Program-made: the position numbers and the translations under genes
Part shown: piece after piece, positions 28,576-37,778 of the stretch
Position numbering within the stretch: the first letter of the stretch is position 1
How the letters are laid out: each line of letters begins with the position of its first letter
NCBI GenBank assembly: GCA_018653365.1
Contig: JABIAG010000003.1
Span: forward strand, 128,001-192,000
Length of the DNA stretch: 64,000 nucleotides
Direction: 5' to 3'
From: Candidatus Woesearchaeota archaeon
Lineage (GTDB): Archaea > Nanobdellota > Nanobdellia > Woesearchaeales > JABIAG01
The notes under the pieces: generated by a model
Databases searched by the model: none
Told to the model about the DNA's origin: nothing
Seen by the model: only the letters and a program-made list of their open reading frames with translations

Positions 28576-28614
28576 TTTTTAATTTTTATTTTTCTAAATA
28601 TTTAATCTTTTTGA

Positions 28615-29415
28615 TTATTCGATTGTTTTTATTCCAACAACGCGTTTTCTTATGGTTGCACTTATTCTGTCGATTAAGATTACCATTCCCACCATGATCA
28701 TTAGAATTGTTAAGACCTCTTGGTTTTTGAATAACCGCATGCTTGTTAAAAGTTCCATTCCAATTCCTCCCGCTCCAACGAGTCCAAGCACTGTGGCTGC
28801 TCTGAAGTTGTTTTCTAGGTAGTAAAGTATGTAGTTTATGAATGCAGGTTTTACTTGAGGAATTATTCCTTTTATAACCACTTGTATTTTGTTTGCTCCT
28901 GTTGAGAGTATGGCTTTTATTATTTTTGGGTCAACAGTTTCTATTGATTCTGAAAAGTATCTTCCTAGTGCCCCTGCAACATGGGCTGAGAGTGCAAGAA
29001 CTCCGGGAAATGGCCCTAAGCCGACCATGGATACAAATATTAGACCCCAAACAATCTCATTTATTCCTCTACAAATGTCAAAAAAGGTTCTTATGGTGTG
29101 ATAAACAAATTTGTTTGGCATTATATTGCGTGCAGCTAAAAATGAAAGGGGTAATGCGATTATGGCACCGATTGTTGTTCCTAAAATTGCCATTTGAAGT
29201 GTTTCCAGCCCTTTTAGTAAAAACGTGCCTATGTTGCTAAAGTCTGGGGGAAACATTCGTCTAATAAAATCCGCCATGTGAGGGATTCCCTGAGCAAAGC
29301 TTGTTGGGCTGGTTCCGGTTCCGCTTATTGCCCAATAATAGACTAGAACTATTAGCAATCCAATTATTAGTTTCTGATATTTTTTCTTTATTATTGTGTT
29401 GGGTATTTTTTTCAT
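28615..29415 (-). CDS. phnE: Phosphonate/phosphite ABC transporter permease
   Basis: RMFPPD, ETLQMAILGT, VGLGPFPGVLAL, ENNFRAATVLGLVGAGGIG. Confidence 0.94.
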   Translation of the reverse strand: MKKIPNTIIKKKYQKLIIGLLIVLVYYWAISGTGTSPTSFAQGIPHMADFIRRMFPPDFSNIGTFLLKGLETLQMAILGTTIGAIIALPLSFLAARNIMPNKFVYHTIRTFFDICRGINEIVWGLIFVSMVGLGPFPGVLALSAHVAGALGRYFSESIETVDPKIIKAILSTGANKIQVVIKGIIPQVKPAFINYILYYLENNFRAATVLGLVGAGGIGMELLTSMRLFKNQEVLTILMIMVGMVILIDRISATIRKRVVGIKTIE

Positions 29416-29418
29416 TTC

Positions 29419-30192
29419 TTAAAACCCGGTTTTTCCATATAAAAACCACTCTTTTGTTTTTCCGTAAATGTCTACTATGTCTTTTTCTGTTAGTTCTTCT
29501 GGAAGTCCATCAAAGACTATGTTTCCCTCTTTCATTCCAATAATTCTTGTTCCATACCTTTTTGCAAATTCAAGAAAGTGCAGGCTTGTTATGAGTGTTA
29601 TTCCTTTTTCTTTACATATTGTTGTGAGTAGGTCCATGACTTCTTTCATAAGTTTCGGGTCTAGGCTAGATACTGGTTCATCTGCCAGAATCACTGCAGG
29701 GTTTTGTGATAATGCTCTTGCTATTGCAACTCTTTGTTTTTGTCCTCCGCTCAGATTAGATACTCGTTCATTTTCGTATTCTCCTAACCCAACAACTTTT
29801 AGGTTTTCTTTTGCAATCGCAATGTCTTCTTTAGAAAACTTTCCAAATAATGTTTGTACCGTGCTTAAATATTTAAGTCTTCCATTTAGAACATTTTTTA
29901 GTACACTCTCGCTTTCAACAAGGTTGTACTCTTGGAAGATCATTCCTATGCTTCCTCTAATTTTTGTTGCATGGTGTATGTCACAATTTAGAATTTCTTT
30001 TTCTTCAATGTATATCTTTCCTGAGGTTGGGTCAATAAGTCTGTTAATACATTTTAGAAGGGTCGATTTTCCTGATCCGCTTGAACCTATAACTACTAAA
30101 CTCTCCCCTTTTTTTATTTGGAGGTTTATGTTGTTAACGGCTTCTTCTTCTCTACCTTCGTATTTATGGGTCAAGCCCTCTATTCGTATCAT
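29419..30192 (-). CDS. phnC: Phosphonate/phosphite ABC transporter ATPase
   Basis: GSSGSGKST, IGMIFQEYNLV, NVLNGRL, LSGGQKQRVAIARAL, ADEPVSSLDP. Confidence 0.94.
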   Translation of the reverse strand: MIRIEGLTHKYEGREEEAVNNINLQIKKGESLVVIGSSGSGKSTLLKCINRLIDPTSGKIYIEEKEILNCDIHHATKIRGSIGMIFQEYNLVESESVLKNVLNGRLKYLSTVQTLFGKFSKEDIAIAKENLKVVGLGEYENERVSNLSGGQKQRVAIARALSQNPAVILADEPVSSLDPKLMKEVMDLLTTICKEKGITLITSLHFLEFAKRYGTRIIGMKEGNIVFDGLPEELTEKDIVDIYGKTKEWFLYGKTGF

Positions 30193-30224
30193 TTTCTTTC
30201 AAAAAATAAAAAAATAAATTATAT

Positions 30225-31106
30225 TTACTTATTTGCTGCTTCTGCACTGCTAACATCCATGTCAAGTAATCTTGCAGTTTCTCTGATTACATCATAATCG
30301 CTGTCGGATACTTTTTGGTAGCTTGTAATTCCACCCCATCCGTCTACTTTATGGATTGTTTGTTCATCCATTTCTAGTAAGGCAGTTTGTATCCTGGTTT
30401 TTAGTTCTGCCGGTAAGCTCCCCCTTACTACTATTGGTGAACCGGGAATTGGTTCTGATTCGTGGATGATTATGTTTATTTCTGGGTCTATTTCTCCAGC
30501 TTCTATCATTCTTTGGTGAACATTATCTCCTGCTGCCCCCGCGTCTACTTTGCCATTTGCTATTGCGTATTGTACTGCGTTGTGTGTTCCTGCAAAGAAG
30601 CTGGTGCTGAAGTCTTTATCTGGGTCAATTCCGTTTTCGATTAGCATTTTTCTTGGTATTAAATTTCCTGATGTTGATGCAGGGTCTACAAAAGCGAAAC
30701 TTTTACCTTTAAGATCTTCTAATGTTTTAATTCCGCTTTCAGCGTTAACAATTATCACGGATTTATAGGTTGCACTTCCAGTACTTGCTTTTACTCCGTT
30801 AACTATTGCTTCTGCATCTGCAACATTGGCTGCGATTACATATGAGAATGGTCCAAACCATGCCATGTCAATATGTTCTGCTCTCATTGCTTCTATTGCG
30901 GCGGTGTAGTCTGAGGTTACTTGTATTTCAACGGGCATATCTAGTTTTTGTGAAAGGTATTCTTGTATTGGTTCATAATTTCTTAGCATTTCATCTGCAT
31001 CATCTGCAGGGATCAATCCCATTTTTAGAACGTTTTCTTCTTCTTTTTGACATCCCACTAATGCGATTAGTAAGATCAGACAAATAACTAATATTTCTTT
31101 TTTCAT
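30225..31106 (-). CDS. phnD: Phosphate/phosphite/phosphonate ABC transporter substrate-binding lipoprotein
   Basis: LVGC lipobox, DYTAAIEAM, YKSVIIV, DPASTSG, GTH, SEPIPGSP; SD GAGGTG. Confidence 0.93.
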   Translation of the reverse strand: MKKEILVICLILLIALVGCQKEEENVLKMGLIPADDADEMLRNYEPIQEYLSQKLDMPVEIQVTSDYTAAIEAMRAEHIDMAWFGPFSYVIAANVADAEAIVNGVKASTGSATYKSVIIVNAESGIKTLEDLKGKSFAFVDPASTSGNLIPRKMLIENGIDPDKDFSTSFFAGTHNAVQYAIANGKVDAGAAGDNVHQRMIEAGEIDPEINIIIHESEPIPGSPIVVRGSLPAELKTRIQTALLEMDEQTIHKVDGWGGITSYQKVSDSDYDVIRETARLLDMDVSSAEAANK

Positions 31107-31130
31107 TTTTCCCCACCTCAGTCTGTTGTT

Positions 31131-31532
31131 TTATTGTTTTTTTATTCTATTTTTTATAGCAGTACTTGATTGATTTTTATAGTATGGAAGCATGATGATT
31201 CGTCCATTTGGAAGGGCCTTTTTTAATTTCTTAAGATAAGGATTCCCTATGTGGCTTGTACTTTCTATTGTGATGTCTGGTTGTATGGCTTTTAAGTTCT
31301 CAATTGGAGAATATTCGTTTTGGGGAACTGCACAATCAACACATTTGAGTGCACTTATAAGCTTCACGCGTTCTCTAAATGACAATGCAGGTCTTGCTTT
31401 TTTCTCCATTACGGCTTCATCTGTTAGCACTCCAACAATTAACTTATCTCCAAGCGCTTTTGCATTCTCCAAGAACAGTAAATGTCCTTCGTGCAATATA
31501 TCTCCACATACGTAAGCATATACTATCTTCAT
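31131..31532 (-). CDS. HxGH-type cytidylyltransferase (TagD / PepM-associated CyTase-like)
   Basis: GDILHEGH, LIVGVLTDEA, ERVKLI, QSSTAIK. Confidence 0.88.
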   Translation of the reverse strand: MKIVYAYVCGDILHEGHLLFLENAKALGDKLIVGVLTDEAVMEKKARPALSFRERVKLISALKCVDCAVPQNEYSPIENLKAIQPDITIESTSHIGNPYLKKLKKALPNGRIIMLPYYKNQSSTAIKNRIKKQ

Positions 31533-31636
31533 TTTTTTCCCTCTCCCACCTCATAGACTTAAGTTGAGACACTATTTATAAAGCTTACACCAAAACATTT
31601 ATATATGATTGATGATTACTCCTTATTGGTGATAAC

Positions 31637-32287
31637 CTGGATTATGCTACTAAACGCCAAGCAAGCAAAATATTAAGCACGCTTGTGGGTAATAATGATA
31701 CGAATTTTAAAACTCCTTCAAGATTTATAGAACATTCTAAGGAGGTTGCAGGTAATGTTGAAGCGGTTTATGATAGATTAGGATTGCCCGCTCAAGAGGG
31801 TTGGTTAGCTGGTCTATTTCACGATATTGGAAGATGTTTTGCTAAGGATCCCAAAGGACACACATTTCATGAAATTGGGAGTGGTAGAATTATTGAAAGA
31901 GATGGTGTTGAGTTAAAATTGTCTCCTGACCAAGCAATTTGTGATAGACTTGCACAATCCGTTAGATCTCATTTTTTAGTTGCAGAACAGTTTAGGATGC
32001 CAGAGTATGCAGAGTGGTTGCCTGGGTTTAGGGATGTTAATCCTGCACTTTTAACTCCTACTTCTTGGCAAGAGTTTGCAGTAGTTTATGGGGATATGAC
32101 TGCTAGTGGTAAAGACAGACCTTATACCTTCACAGAACGAATCAGCTCAATCAAAGATAAGGATGGGAAGGCTGGAAGTTCAAGGTTAGTTGTTGTTGAA
32201 CAAGCAGAAGGACGTTTATATGGTGTTGAACGTATGGTTTTAAAAGCTATGGAAACGAAAAACCTAACTGGGTTAAACACCCTTTAA
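31637..32287 (+). CDS. HD-domain metal-dependent phosphohydrolase
   Basis: H...GLFHDIGR...HE...SH...YGD; probable CTG start at 31637 (ORF track uses GTG 31685). Confidence 0.8.
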   Translation: MDYATKRQASKILSTLVGNNDTNFKTPSRFIEHSKEVAGNVEAVYDRLGLPAQEGWLAGLFHDIGRCFAKDPKGHTFHEIGSGRIIERDGVELKLSPDQAICDRLAQSVRSHFLVAEQFRMPEYAEWLPGFRDVNPALLTPTSWQEFAVVYGDMTASGKDRPYTFTERISSIKDKDGKAGSSRLVVVEQAEGRLYGVERMVLKAMETKNLTGLNTL

Positions 32288-33066
32288 AATTTTCTTAATG
32301 TTTTTTTTATTTCAGTTTCTAATCTTTTTAGAAATTCCATCTCTCTATCAACTCGCAGGTATTTTTTAACTTTTAAATCAGTGAATAAGCTTCTTATGGC
32401 ATAGTCTATGACTTCATAATTTACATCTGGTTTAGCTAGTTTTCCCATTCTTATGATTAACGCTTTTATGAGTGATTCTGGGTTAAGTTTTTTTCCAAAC
32501 TCTTTTTCATGTTGTAATCTTCGTTTAATTATTAATGGAAAATCTTCAGGTTTGAATTTATAATTCCAAATATCATTGGATAACATTTTTGTTTTAAACT
32601 TAAATGCACTATCTTTTTCTGTTATCTGTTTTTTTAAATTAAAATAGTCTATATCATCCCACAGTTCCCATTGTCCTGAGCAGGAAGATGCATTAGGTAC
32701 AAAGAATTGGATTGGATCAAAAAAGGTTTCTAAATAAATTTCAGTCATAACCGCCACCATAGCTTTTATTGGGTTTATTCCAATTGTTGATTCTTGACTT
32801 GATTTTAAGTTCCCAAATTCAGTGAAGATTCTGTCTTTTTCTTTTTTTATTAGTTTATACTCTTCTGAATTTTTTTTCGCATTAGTTTTATTTGTTGTTA
32901 GAATTTCTATTGCACTATTTACGACATTTATCTGTTTATGAAGCGTTTTTAGATTTTTAGATTCTGTGTTGGATGTGTGTACTAAAGCATAAATTGCATT
33001 GTTAGTGTTACATCCACAAGCTTCTAACATTTTTTCTACAATCGGAATGGTAAAAATGGCTTTCAT
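32284..33066 (-). CDS. Hypothetical protein
   Basis: 260-aa ORF with an upstream TATA element; no motif I can assign confidently. Confidence 0.65.
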   Translation of the reverse strand: MKAIFTIPIVEKMLEACGCNTNNAIYALVHTSNTESKNLKTLHKQINVVNSAIEILTTNKTNAKKNSEEYKLIKKEKDRIFTEFGNLKSSQESTIGINPIKAMVAVMTEIYLETFFDPIQFFVPNASSCSGQWELWDDIDYFNLKKQITEKDSAFKFKTKMLSNDIWNYKFKPEDFPLIIKRRLQHEKEFGKKLNPESLIKALIIRMGKLAKPDVNYEVIDYAIRSLFTDLKVKKYLRVDREMEFLKRLETEIKKTLRKF

Positions 33067-33152
33067 AAACCTAATATTCTTTATCCATATTTAAACCTTC
33101 TTTTTTTGTGCTTTAGAAAACCTTTATAAACATATTTCTCCAATTTTTGTTC

Positions 33153-34643
33153 ATGACCTATTTAAAAAAAGGTTTAAAAGGAGTATCCTTATTGTTCATA
33201 ACTACAATACTTGCGACCCTAATTGGGTACATAACTCGCGCAGTTCTTGCTAGGTCTTTACAACCAGAACAATTTGGTCTGTTTTATGCTGTCTTGAGTT
33301 TGATGACTTTCATATTGATTTTTACTAATTTTGGGTTTGGTTCTTCTTTAACCAAGCATGTTTCAGAGTTTGTTTCAAAGAAAGATCGTAACGCAATGAA
33401 AACCGTTATTGTTTTTGTTTCTTCTATTAAGCTTGGTCTTGCAGTAATTGCTTCACTTATCCTGTTTTTTCTTTCTAAGTTCTTGGCGGCTAACTATTTT
33501 AAGAACCCTGTTGCCGAAGTCCTTCTTCTTTTTTTTGCAGTAATATTAATTATCTCCACGTTTAATAGCTTATTATTAAACATATTTAATGGCCTTCAGA
33601 AATACTTTTTAATGGGGGGAATACAACTATTTGAAAAAATAATGTTTTTAGTTTTCGTTTTAGTTTTCGTTTATAGTGGATTTACTAAGAATGCATCTTT
33701 GGCAACTTTTGCTTATCTTGTCGCATTAGCCCTAACTGGATTGGTTTTTGTTTTTGTTATGCTTAGACAAACACGATTATCTAGACTAAAGTTTTCACCT
33801 TCAAAAAAGCTTTTCAAAAAACTTTCTTCTTTTGCTTCTGCATCATTTCTTACTTCTGTTAGTCGAGTTGTAATTGGGTACATAGATACGCTTATGTTAA
33901 CTTTTTTTACAACTTTAGCCCAGGTTGGAGTGTATAATGTTGTTTATCCAACTGTTTTGATGTTGACGGTTGTTGGTAAAGCAGTCAATAATGTTATCTT
34001 TCCAATGTCTTCAGAACTCTGGGCCAAGGGACTGAAAGATAAGTTAAAAGCTGGAATGATGATGATCCAAAGGGTGATTCTGGTAGTATTAATTCCTCTT
34101 GCTCTGGTTCTTTTGATCTTCCCAAAATTGATTATTACGTTATTGTTTGGAGCACCTTACGCTTCGGGTTATTTTGCAATGCAGATTCTGGCTTTGGGTG
34201 TGATTTTTGCTTCTATGGGCACGGTATACTACTCCGTTCTTAAGGGCATTGGTAAGCCTTTAGAAGTCACAAAAATTGTTGGAATTGGTGCGGTCTTTAA
34301 CATAGTTATGAACTTGATTTTAATTCCTATTTGGGGTATTGAGGGTGCAGCCCTAACTACCACTTTAAGTTATCTATTGATGCTTATCTTGGCATCTTTT
34401 AAGTTGAAGAAATTTGTAAGTGTTCCTTTAAACCCCTCAATGTGGTTGAGGTTGGTTATTGGGGCAGTTGTATTCGTTGTAGTTGTTTATTTCTTGAACT
34501 CTTTGTTGACCTTTAATGTTTATCTCGCTGCAGTACTTTCTTTAATTGTTGGAGCTCTAGCTTATTTGGTGGTTTGTAAGTATTTGAAATTGATAACCCT
34601 GAAAGAAATAAACTTTTTTATTAAACAATTAACTCATAAATGA
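33153..34643 (+). CDS. Oligosaccharide flippase (Wzx/MOP family)
   Basis: LARSLQPEQFGLF, YIDTLML, VGVYNV, LIPIWGIEGAA; about 14 TMs. Confidence 0.92.
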   Translation: MTYLKKGLKGVSLLFITTILATLIGYITRAVLARSLQPEQFGLFYAVLSLMTFILIFTNFGFGSSLTKHVSEFVSKKDRNAMKTVIVFVSSIKLGLAVIASLILFFLSKFLAANYFKNPVAEVLLLFFAVILIISTFNSLLLNIFNGLQKYFLMGGIQLFEKIMFLVFVLVFVYSGFTKNASLATFAYLVALALTGLVFVFVMLRQTRLSRLKFSPSKKLFKKLSSFASASFLTSVSRVVIGYIDTLMLTFFTTLAQVGVYNVVYPTVLMLTVVGKAVNNVIFPMSSELWAKGLKDKLKAGMMMIQRVILVVLIPLALVLLIFPKLIITLLFGAPYASGYFAMQILALGVIFASMGTVYYSVLKGIGKPLEVTKIVGIGAVFNIVMNLILIPIWGIEGAALTTTLSYLLMLILASFKLKKFVSVPLNPSMWLRLVIGAVVFVVVVYFLNSLLTFNVYLAAVLSLIVGALAYLVVCKYLKLITLKEINFFIKQLTHK

Positions 34644-35141
34644 TTACTTTATTACTTTTAATTCAACCTCAATCATGTCATGGATCTCATTGAATAAGTA
34701 ATTAGCATATTTTCTTAAGAATTTTGGTAACATTTTTCCATATCTTGTTGGACGTAACTCGTTCTTTATTAGTTCAAACTTGTTTTTCTTTTCATAACTA
34801 TAACTATCATGTCCGCGTACTATTTGTTCTATTGCTCTTCTATTAAAGTGGTGTTTGTGGGTTATGTCATTAAAGCTTAGGATACTTTTACAGTAAGGTA
34901 CTCGAATTTGGATTAGGCATCCATTTTTCGCTATCCTGTGTAATTCTTCAATAACTTTTTCTGGGTCTTCTAGGTGTTCAAGTACATTATCAACAAGTAT
35001 TAACTCAAAAGAATCAGCTTTAAGTGGATAGGGAAATTTGTTAAAGTCAAATGATTTGTCAACGCCTTTGTGTTTTTGTAGGTCTACATTAACAAAACCT
35101 TCTTTTATTTTTATTCCGCAACCAAAATTTAATTTTTTCAT
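34644..35141 (-). CDS. Small class I SAM-dependent methyltransferase
   Basis: MKKLNFGCG, NVLEHL, RVPY, DITHKHHF; ATGA-coupled to the radical SAM gene. Confidence 0.85.
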   Translation of the reverse strand: MKKLNFGCGIKIKEGFVNVDLQKHKGVDKSFDFNKFPYPLKADSFELILVDNVLEHLEDPEKVIEELHRIAKNGCLIQIRVPYCKSILSFNDITHKHHFNRRAIEQIVRGHDSYSYEKKNKFELIKNELRPTRYGKMLPKFLRKYANYLFNEIHDMIEVELKVIK

Positions 35142-36679
35142 TTTATTATTTTCAAAACCCATCTGTTTATTTTATATTCAAGATCAAGGTATTTAAAAAA
35201 CTTCGTGTGCCAACGTAATTTTTCTACTATTGCTATAAAGAAGTCTCTTTTCCCTTTCTTCTTTAATATCTCAATTAAGGAAGGCACAACAAATTGTGAG
35301 TAGTACGCATTTACAAATAGTACAAAGTCTTTATTTTTTATCCAGTTATAGCTATATACGTCACCATACCCTACCACGTGGTCTATATCTTTTTCTTCTG
35401 AGATGCTCCATCCATCTAATTTATCCGGTTCTTTAAATCCCATTTTTTTGCACTCTTCATAAAGTGTTGAACCAGGATATGGTCTAAATACTTGTGGACC
35501 GTTGAATGTTGCATCGGGACAAAGTTTTTTTATTGTTTTAACCAGTTTTAGGGTGTTTTTCATATCTTCTTTAGTTTCTCCAGGTAAACCGATCATGAAT
35601 GAATAGAATGCACTTATGTTATGTTTGTTTAGTATTTTTGCTGAATTTTCAGTGTCTTCAACAGTTATGTCTTTTTTTAGTAGTTCTAAAATCCTGTTTG
35701 ATCCTGATTCTGCTCCAAGTTTTAGATAAACGCATCCACTCTTTTTGATTAGTTTTAGTAGATTTTCGTTAAGATGGGTTTCTTTGAATTCGCTTGCACG
35801 TACTGTGGTGCTCCATTTTATGTTTAATTTTCTTTCTATAATTCCTTCACATATTTCTTTAGCTCTTTTTTTATCTAAAAAAAAGTTTTCATCACGAAAT
35901 ATTATGAAGTCCATATCAAATTTGTTTTTGGCGTCTTCGAGTTCTTGCAAAACTCGTTTTGGGCTTTTCATTCTCCATTTTTGCCATCTTGGCAGTATGT
36001 TGTTTATGCAGAAGGTACAACTATGTGGGCATCCTCTCGAAGAGTTTATGGAAATGGTCTTTACTTTTTCTCTTTCAGGGAAAAATCTTTTATATGGCGC
36101 TTCTAAATATAATCTCATGTCTAATAATTCCCAGTTAGGAAGTGGACTATTCTCAATATCAACAAATGAGCAAGGGGGATTTATTATTACCTGTCCCTCT
36201 TTTTTATATGCTATTCCTCTTATGTCTGTTATGCTCTCTTTTTTTTGTAATCTTTTGGTAAGTTCGGTAAGTGTTTCTTCACCTTCATAGAGCACAACAT
36301 AATCAATTAGGGGGTGTTCACAGCATTGTTTTGGATAAAGCGTTGGATGAACCCCGCCCCACACTATTTTTATTTCAGGATTTATCTTTTTAATTAATTC
36401 TGTAAGTTTAAGTGAACTTTTTATGCAGTCTGTCATAACCGAAAACCCGACAACGATTGCGTCTTTAAGTTCTTCTTTTATCTTCTTTATGTAATCCTCT
36501 CCAATTTGATGGTAAGCAAACACATCAATAAATTTTACATTAATGTTTTCTTTAGAAAGCTCGGTTGCAATACTAAATAATCCCATGGGAATGTGAAATC
36601 TTTCAATTCCAACTTTTTTGAGTGGGTTAGGGGGAGCGTCTTCGCCTGCAATGGGGTTAATCAATACTACTTCTGCCAT
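35138..36679 (-). CDS. Cobalamin-binding radical SAM protein
   Basis: PMGLFSIA, VWGGVHPT, SRGCPHSCTFC, GAESGS, FMIGLPGET, PYPGS; start at ATG 36679. Confidence 0.93.
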   Translation of the reverse strand: MAEVVLINPIAGEDAPPNPLKKVGIERFHIPMGLFSIATELSKENINVKFIDVFAYHQIGEDYIKKIKEELKDAIVVGFSVMTDCIKSSLKLTELIKKINPEIKIVWGGVHPTLYPKQCCEHPLIDYVVLYEGEETLTELTKRLQKKESITDIRGIAYKKEGQVIINPPCSFVDIENSPLPNWELLDMRLYLEAPYKRFFPEREKVKTISINSSRGCPHSCTFCINNILPRWQKWRMKSPKRVLQELEDAKNKFDMDFIIFRDENFFLDKKRAKEICEGIIERKLNIKWSTTVRASEFKETHLNENLLKLIKKSGCVYLKLGAESGSNRILELLKKDITVEDTENSAKILNKHNISAFYSFMIGLPGETKEDMKNTLKLVKTIKKLCPDATFNGPQVFRPYPGSTLYEECKKMGFKEPDKLDGWSISEEKDIDHVVGYGDVYSYNWIKNKDFVLFVNAYYSQFVVPSLIEILKKKGKRDFFIAIVEKLRWHTKFFKYLDLEYKINRWVLKIIK

Positions 36680-36680
36680 T

Positions 36681-37778
36681 TTATTGATCACCAAATGTTG
36701 ATTTATAAAGATTTCTTAACTTGTCTGATACATTCTCAATATCAAACTTTTTCTGGTATTCTTTGTTAAATTTTTGCATCTCTTTCATTTTTTTAGGATT
36801 TTTAAAAAGATAAACTATCTTTTGGGCAATTTCTTTAGGATTCACTGAGTTAAGAAGCAAACCGTTAATTCGATCTTTGATTAGTTCATCATTTCCATGC
36901 CAGGGCGTACAGATCACGGTGGGTCCTGCGGTAATCGCTTCTAAGATAACATTGGAACATCCCTCTGTATGTGTGGTTGCCAATACAAATATTTCTGATC
37001 GTTTCATTTCTTTTATTGCTTGTTTATGTGCTAATCTTCCTGTAAATTTAACAACGCTCTCTAATTTCAGTTCTTTAACGATCTCTCTAACGTGCTTATC
37101 TTCTCCCTCTCTTCCACTTCCCACTATATTAAGCGTGGTATCTGGAAATTCTTTAAGAATAACTGGGAGCGCTTCAACTATTTTGTCAACATTTTTTGAT
37201 TTTCTTATAGTTCCAACATAGATTAGCGAGTGCTTTTGTGGTTTGTAAGGTTCTATGAAATCATTTAATACAATTCCATTTGGGATCACGTCTGTATTTG
37301 TAAACTTAAATTGTCTTGCAACATATTTTTTCATATAATTAGAAAGGGCTATGAATTTTGAGCACTTTTTAAGAATTATTTTTTTGATTATTTTTATGCA
37401 CTTGCCTCCAAGAAAGACATCTTCTCCTCTACCATATACTATGTAAGGAATGTTTAAGAATTTTTTAGCTAAGTATCCAATTCCACATAATTCAATTTCT
37501 AAAATGAAGTCAGGGTTTATTTTTTTTATTTTTTTTAACAGTTTTGAAAAATATATTAGAGTGCCAATTGTTGAGTCAGTTCTATTAACTCGAATTATTT
37601 TCAATCCAGTAAAGTCATTTTGGTTTTTGAGTTTCTCTTGAGTGAAGTGTGCTTTTTTCCTTGTCAATAGGTAAACTTCATCGCCTGCAGCAAGCATTTT
37701 ACCAACATATTTATTGATGTTGATTGTTATGCTATCAGCATTTCCTGAGAAGTGATTAGCATGTATCACAATTTTCAT
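36681..37778 (-). CDS. GT4 glycosyltransferase
   Basis: VIPNGI, YVGTIRKSKNV, EGCSNVILEA; start at ATG 37778. Confidence 0.9.
   Translation of the reverse strand: MKIVIHANHFSGNADSITININKYVGKMLAAGDEVYLLTRKKAHFTQEKLKNQNDFTGLKIIRVNRTDSTIGTLIYFSKLLKKIKKINPDFILEIELCGIGYLAKKFLNIPYIVYGRGEDVFLGGKCIKIIKKIILKKCSKFIALSNYMKKYVARQFKFTNTDVIPNGIVLNDFIEPYKPQKHSLIYVGTIRKSKNVDKIVEALPVILKEFPDTTLNIVGSGREGEDKHVREIVKELKLESVVKFTGRLAHKQAIKEMKRSEIFVLATTHTEGCSNVILEAITAGPTVICTPWHGNDELIKDRINGLLLNSVNPKEIAQKIVYLFKNPKKMKEMQKFNKEYQKKFDIENVSDKLRNLYKSTFGDQ

Noticed and set aside
29468-30217. 249-aa plus-strand ORF, and the many other antisense ORFs in the track (e.g. 25615, 35745, 54191)
   Set aside because: They lie opposite well-supported genes, are Ser/Phe/Ile-rich as expected for antisense shadows, and have no motifs
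28615-31106. ptxABC phosphite uptake and oxidation system
   Set aside because: No ptxD-like dehydrogenase, and the binding protein lacks the PtxB Tyr cap
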